Origin: a virus
Length of the DNA stretch: 23,036 nucleotides
Virus record (IMG/VR): IMGVR_UViG_3300045988_079349
Reading direction: 5' to 3' (one strand)
The position numbers and the translations under genes are program-made. The stretch's first letter is position 1. Every line of letters begins with the position of its first letter. Shown piece by piece: positions 20,148-23,036 of the stretch. Under the pieces are notes generated by a model that saw only the letters and a program-made list of their open reading frames with translations, was not told where the DNA came from and searched no databases.

Positions 20148-21243
20148 AAGGGATTATCCTTTCGTTTAATAGCTTCTCAAAGATTTGCGGCCCTCTATCT
20201 ATAGGACTTGCTTTATATGGCAAAATCATTCCTTTATCAAATATAGCTGATATACGAACATTTTTACTATATTTATTATAAATATGAATTAGTTTTGCTT
20301 TTAATCTCTTAAATTCATCATCGCTAATCTCAACAAATTGTCTATCAAAAGCAATTATAATTTCATTAACTCCTAAAGACCTAAGTAAATCTATATGATA
20401 GCTAGATACACTACTTCCGCAACAAGCCACAGATATATCATTATCATACCCATAATAAGACTGATACATAAGACAGCTTTTTTCTGATTCAAATATAATT
20501 GCGGCTTTCACCTTTTTTATATTTTCTTTACTATGGTTTAAATTATACAAATTCATGCTCAAAGGATGATTGTATAACTGTCTATTTACCATAAGAGGTC
20601 TATATTTACCATATCTTTCTGCATCCTCAGAAGATAATGTTCTCCCTCTTATTCCAACTAATCTATTATCAATATCGAAATGAGGAATTGTTATTTGCCC
20701 TCCGCCAGGATAGTAACCAATAAAATTTCTTCTATTAACTTCTGGTAAAATTCCCTCAGCTTCCCATCCTGAAATTCTAGGATAGGCAAAACGAGTAAGA
20801 ATAATTGGATTATATTCTTTCAAAGAAATAGGTTGTTTGGACTTTGGAAGTTGAATATTATGCCTTCTAAATATATCCCAATCTTCTAATTCTTCTTTTT
20901 CATCTTCTAATTCTACTCCGTTGAAGCCAAAGTATCCTGCTATATAATCCATAGCATTATACAATTCCCATTTCTTATCTTCTTGCTTTTTTTTAACCTT
21001 TATACATAGGTCAAATATATCAAAAGTAGGATCTATGCATCCAGTATAGCACCTAAAAAGTTTTGTATTTTCGTAATAATATAACTTTCTTGATCCTTCA
21101 CCGGGAAGATTATGACATATAGTTTGGGAGATGAGCCCGCCATCTACATATTCAGGCTCACCACCCCACGCTTCGAGTAAATCATAAATTTGTTCTAATT
21201 CAAGTTTACTCTTTAACTCATCTTTATCATAGTATCTTGACAT
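20140..21243 (-). CDS. dnaG: DnaG-like DNA primase (CHC2 zinc finger plus TOPRIM), 367 aa, no TAG.
   Basis: CHNLPGEGSRKLYYYENTKLFRCYTGC (CHC2 zinc finger). TOPRIM-like acidic motifs AIIFESEKS and IIIAFDRQ. Confidence 0.8.
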   Translation of the reverse strand: MSRYYDKDELKSKLELEQIYDLLEAWGGEPEYVDGGLISQTICHNLPGEGSRKLYYYENTKLFRCYTGCIDPTFDIFDLCIKVKKKQEDKKWELYNAMDYIAGYFGFNGVELEDEKEELEDWDIFRRHNIQLPKSKQPISLKEYNPIILTRFAYPRISGWEAEGILPEVNRRNFIGYYPGGGQITIPHFDIDNRLVGIRGRTLSSEDAERYGKYRPLMVNRQLYNHPLSMNLYNLNHSKENIKKVKAAIIFESEKSCLMYQSYYGYDNDISVACCGSSVSSYHIDLLRSLGVNEIIIAFDRQFVEISDDEFKRLKAKLIHIYNKYSKNVRISAIFDKGMILPYKASPIDRGPQIFEKLLNERIIPYE

Positions 21244-21245
21244 AA

Positions 21246-21422
21246 TTAAGCATCATAGAAAGATACTTTATTTACTGTTTCTTTCAAGCCAAATTGCTCA
21301 TTGATAATTTGTATCACATAAACATAAGGATTCTGTTTCTTTTCTTCCTCTGTTCTGCTTGAAAGAAGCTCATTAAACATTTTCTTGCTCATTCTGTACT
21401 CTAAACCTTGACTATTCTTCAT
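21246..21422 (-). CDS. Hypothetical small protein, about 58 aa (start at ATG 21420-21422, which has a GGAGGA SD).
   Basis: The ORF-track start is a TTG; the ATG with strong SD lies 27 nt further in. Confidence 0.4.
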   Translation of the reverse strand: MKNSQGLEYRMSKKMFNELLSSRTEEEKKQNPYVYVIQIINEQFGLKETVNKVSFYDA

Positions 21423-21436
21423 TATATATTCCTCCA

Positions 21437-22975
21437 TTATTTTTCCCAAGCTGCTGGCCCTTCATCGACAATTACTCGAATATCTTCAATGCCCACCATC
21501 TCATGTCTCCAATTAGTACAAAATTGTGGTAAAATTCTACAAGTTCCTAAGTTAGCAGAACACCATAGATATACTCCTTTGTACGAACCTCGTCTATTTT
21601 TATAGATAGATAATTTTAGATTCGGACGCAATAAGTTCTTGTTACCCTCTAGTATTGGATCTAACTTAACTAAGTCCTCATCTGTAACACTTAGTAGAAT
21701 CATGCCAACGTCTATTCTATCGGCTATACTTTTTGCGCCTCTTAATAGATTTTGATCTGGCGTTTCACTACTCTAATAATCGGCGTTTAATTGAGTTGCA
21801 GACATGATAAATACACCATATTTATTAGCTAAATCTTTCAATCTAGCGGAGAGCATAAATAAGATATTATCCTCTCTTAATCTAACTCCCCCAGACTTCT
21901 TACTAATTTCTTCAAGAATTTTAAGCGACGTTTGAAGATAGTCGAAAAGAACATATTTAACTTCATTTTCTCTAATATTCTTTTTTATTTTATTCTCTAC
22001 ATCTTGTAAAGAAAAATCTGGTAATTCTTCTATCCAAATTGGACTGCGTTTAATTATTTCTGCGGCCTTTAGCACCCTCTCTTTTTCACCCTCAAAGTAT
22101 TGACCGTTAAGGATATGTTCTTCATCTACGTCAGATAGGAAAGCTAACATCATTGTTTGAACTTCGCTTTTATCTTGCTCTGTGGCAATAAACAAAGTTG
22201 GTTGAGAGGTTCCATTTTTAATCCATCCAAATTGGTCATGATAGATTTCATTGCACGCAAAATTACACGCATCCGCTATCATAGATCTAGTTTTACCGGT
22301 TCCCGTAGCCGCCGACCGCAAATAAAATTTTCGCAATCTTGCTCCTCTTGTTACTGTATTAATTAACGGGCCATATAGTGGAATACCAACTTCGGGATGC
22401 TGTTCTAAATCACTAATAAGTTCATTGATTCCGTCTCCGGCTTGATAGCCTAATCCAAGATCATCTTCTATGTACTTACTTTTGATTTCATCTATTTTTG
22501 TATCAATAGCATGAGCTATTTCAACTAAGCTAGTATTATCCAGCCAATCTTCTTGCATTTGGCGTTTTTTGGTATCGAGAATATTATTTGGATCATAAAG
22601 ATAGCTAACATCAAGACCAAAATTGCTATATGCTCTTAACAAAGTAAACTTCTTTAATCTATTATAATAATAATTAAAAGTATCTTGCCTTGCACTTTGC
22701 GATGCTTCAAGGAGATATTCTACACCCTTGTTTTGCTTAAATATGGCGTCAAACTTTGGTCTGTTTGCTAGATAATCTATAATCGCGTCTATATTAACTT
22801 GACTACCTGTTAGATGGATATTATAGATACTACCGAAAATTATCTTATGAAAATCTTCTTGGAAGTCATCTTCATGAATTATATACTTATCTGTATCATC
22901 AAGAATAGAAGCATTATTGAATACACATCCAATTACCTAAGTAATCGCCGCTGTATCTATATAATTACTCTTCAT
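21437..22975 (-). CDS. dnaB: DnaB-like replicative DNA helicase, about 512 aa. ORFs 21773..22642 and 21437..21703 are joined across TAG 21773 and extended upstream across TAG 22937 to ATG 22973-22975.
   Basis: Walker A SAATGTGKT, Walker B VLFDYLQ, and SATQLNADY-Q-SSETPDQNLLRGAKSIADRIDVGMILLS matching the DnaB SQLNR...RESG.IEQDAD region. Upstream extension AAITQVIGCVF resembles the DnaB N-terminal domain. SD GAGGAGG 6 nt before the ATG. Confidence 0.85.
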
Positions 22976-23036
22976 GCGCTTCCTCCTCATTTAAGAAAGT
23001 AAATAGCTTTCGTATATGTTTCATTGGTTGCCGTTG

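Overview
Low-GC (about one third G+C) DNA with strong Shine-Dalgarno sites, very probably part of a bacteriophage or prophage of an anaerobic Firmicutes-like host. Transcription converges at about 5.66 kb. The + strand (1-5656) carries a late-type module: tail-fibre-like proteins, a small serine recombinase, an LL-H-type holin and several odd small proteins. The - strand (23036 down to 5676) carries a bacterial-style replication and nucleotide-metabolism module: DnaB-like helicase, DnaG-like primase, a RecJ-like DHH exonuclease, a secreted lysozyme-like protein, a RecD-like helicase, a PHP-DnaE-type polymerase, guanylate kinase, the anaerobic ribonucleotide reductase NrdD with its activase NrdG, an FNT-like channel, dUTPase and a RuvC-like resolvase. 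The dominant observation is that TAG is not a stop here. Dozens of in-frame TAG codons interrupt otherwise intact, recognisable genes on both strands, while TAA and TGA terminate them. Several TAGs fall exactly on conserved Gln positions, which indicates amber-to-glutamine recoding (genetic code 15 style). The supplied standard-code ORF track therefore truncates or fragments most genes; the coordinates below are my recoded gene models. No tRNA, rRNA, CRISPR array or transposase was seen in the window.
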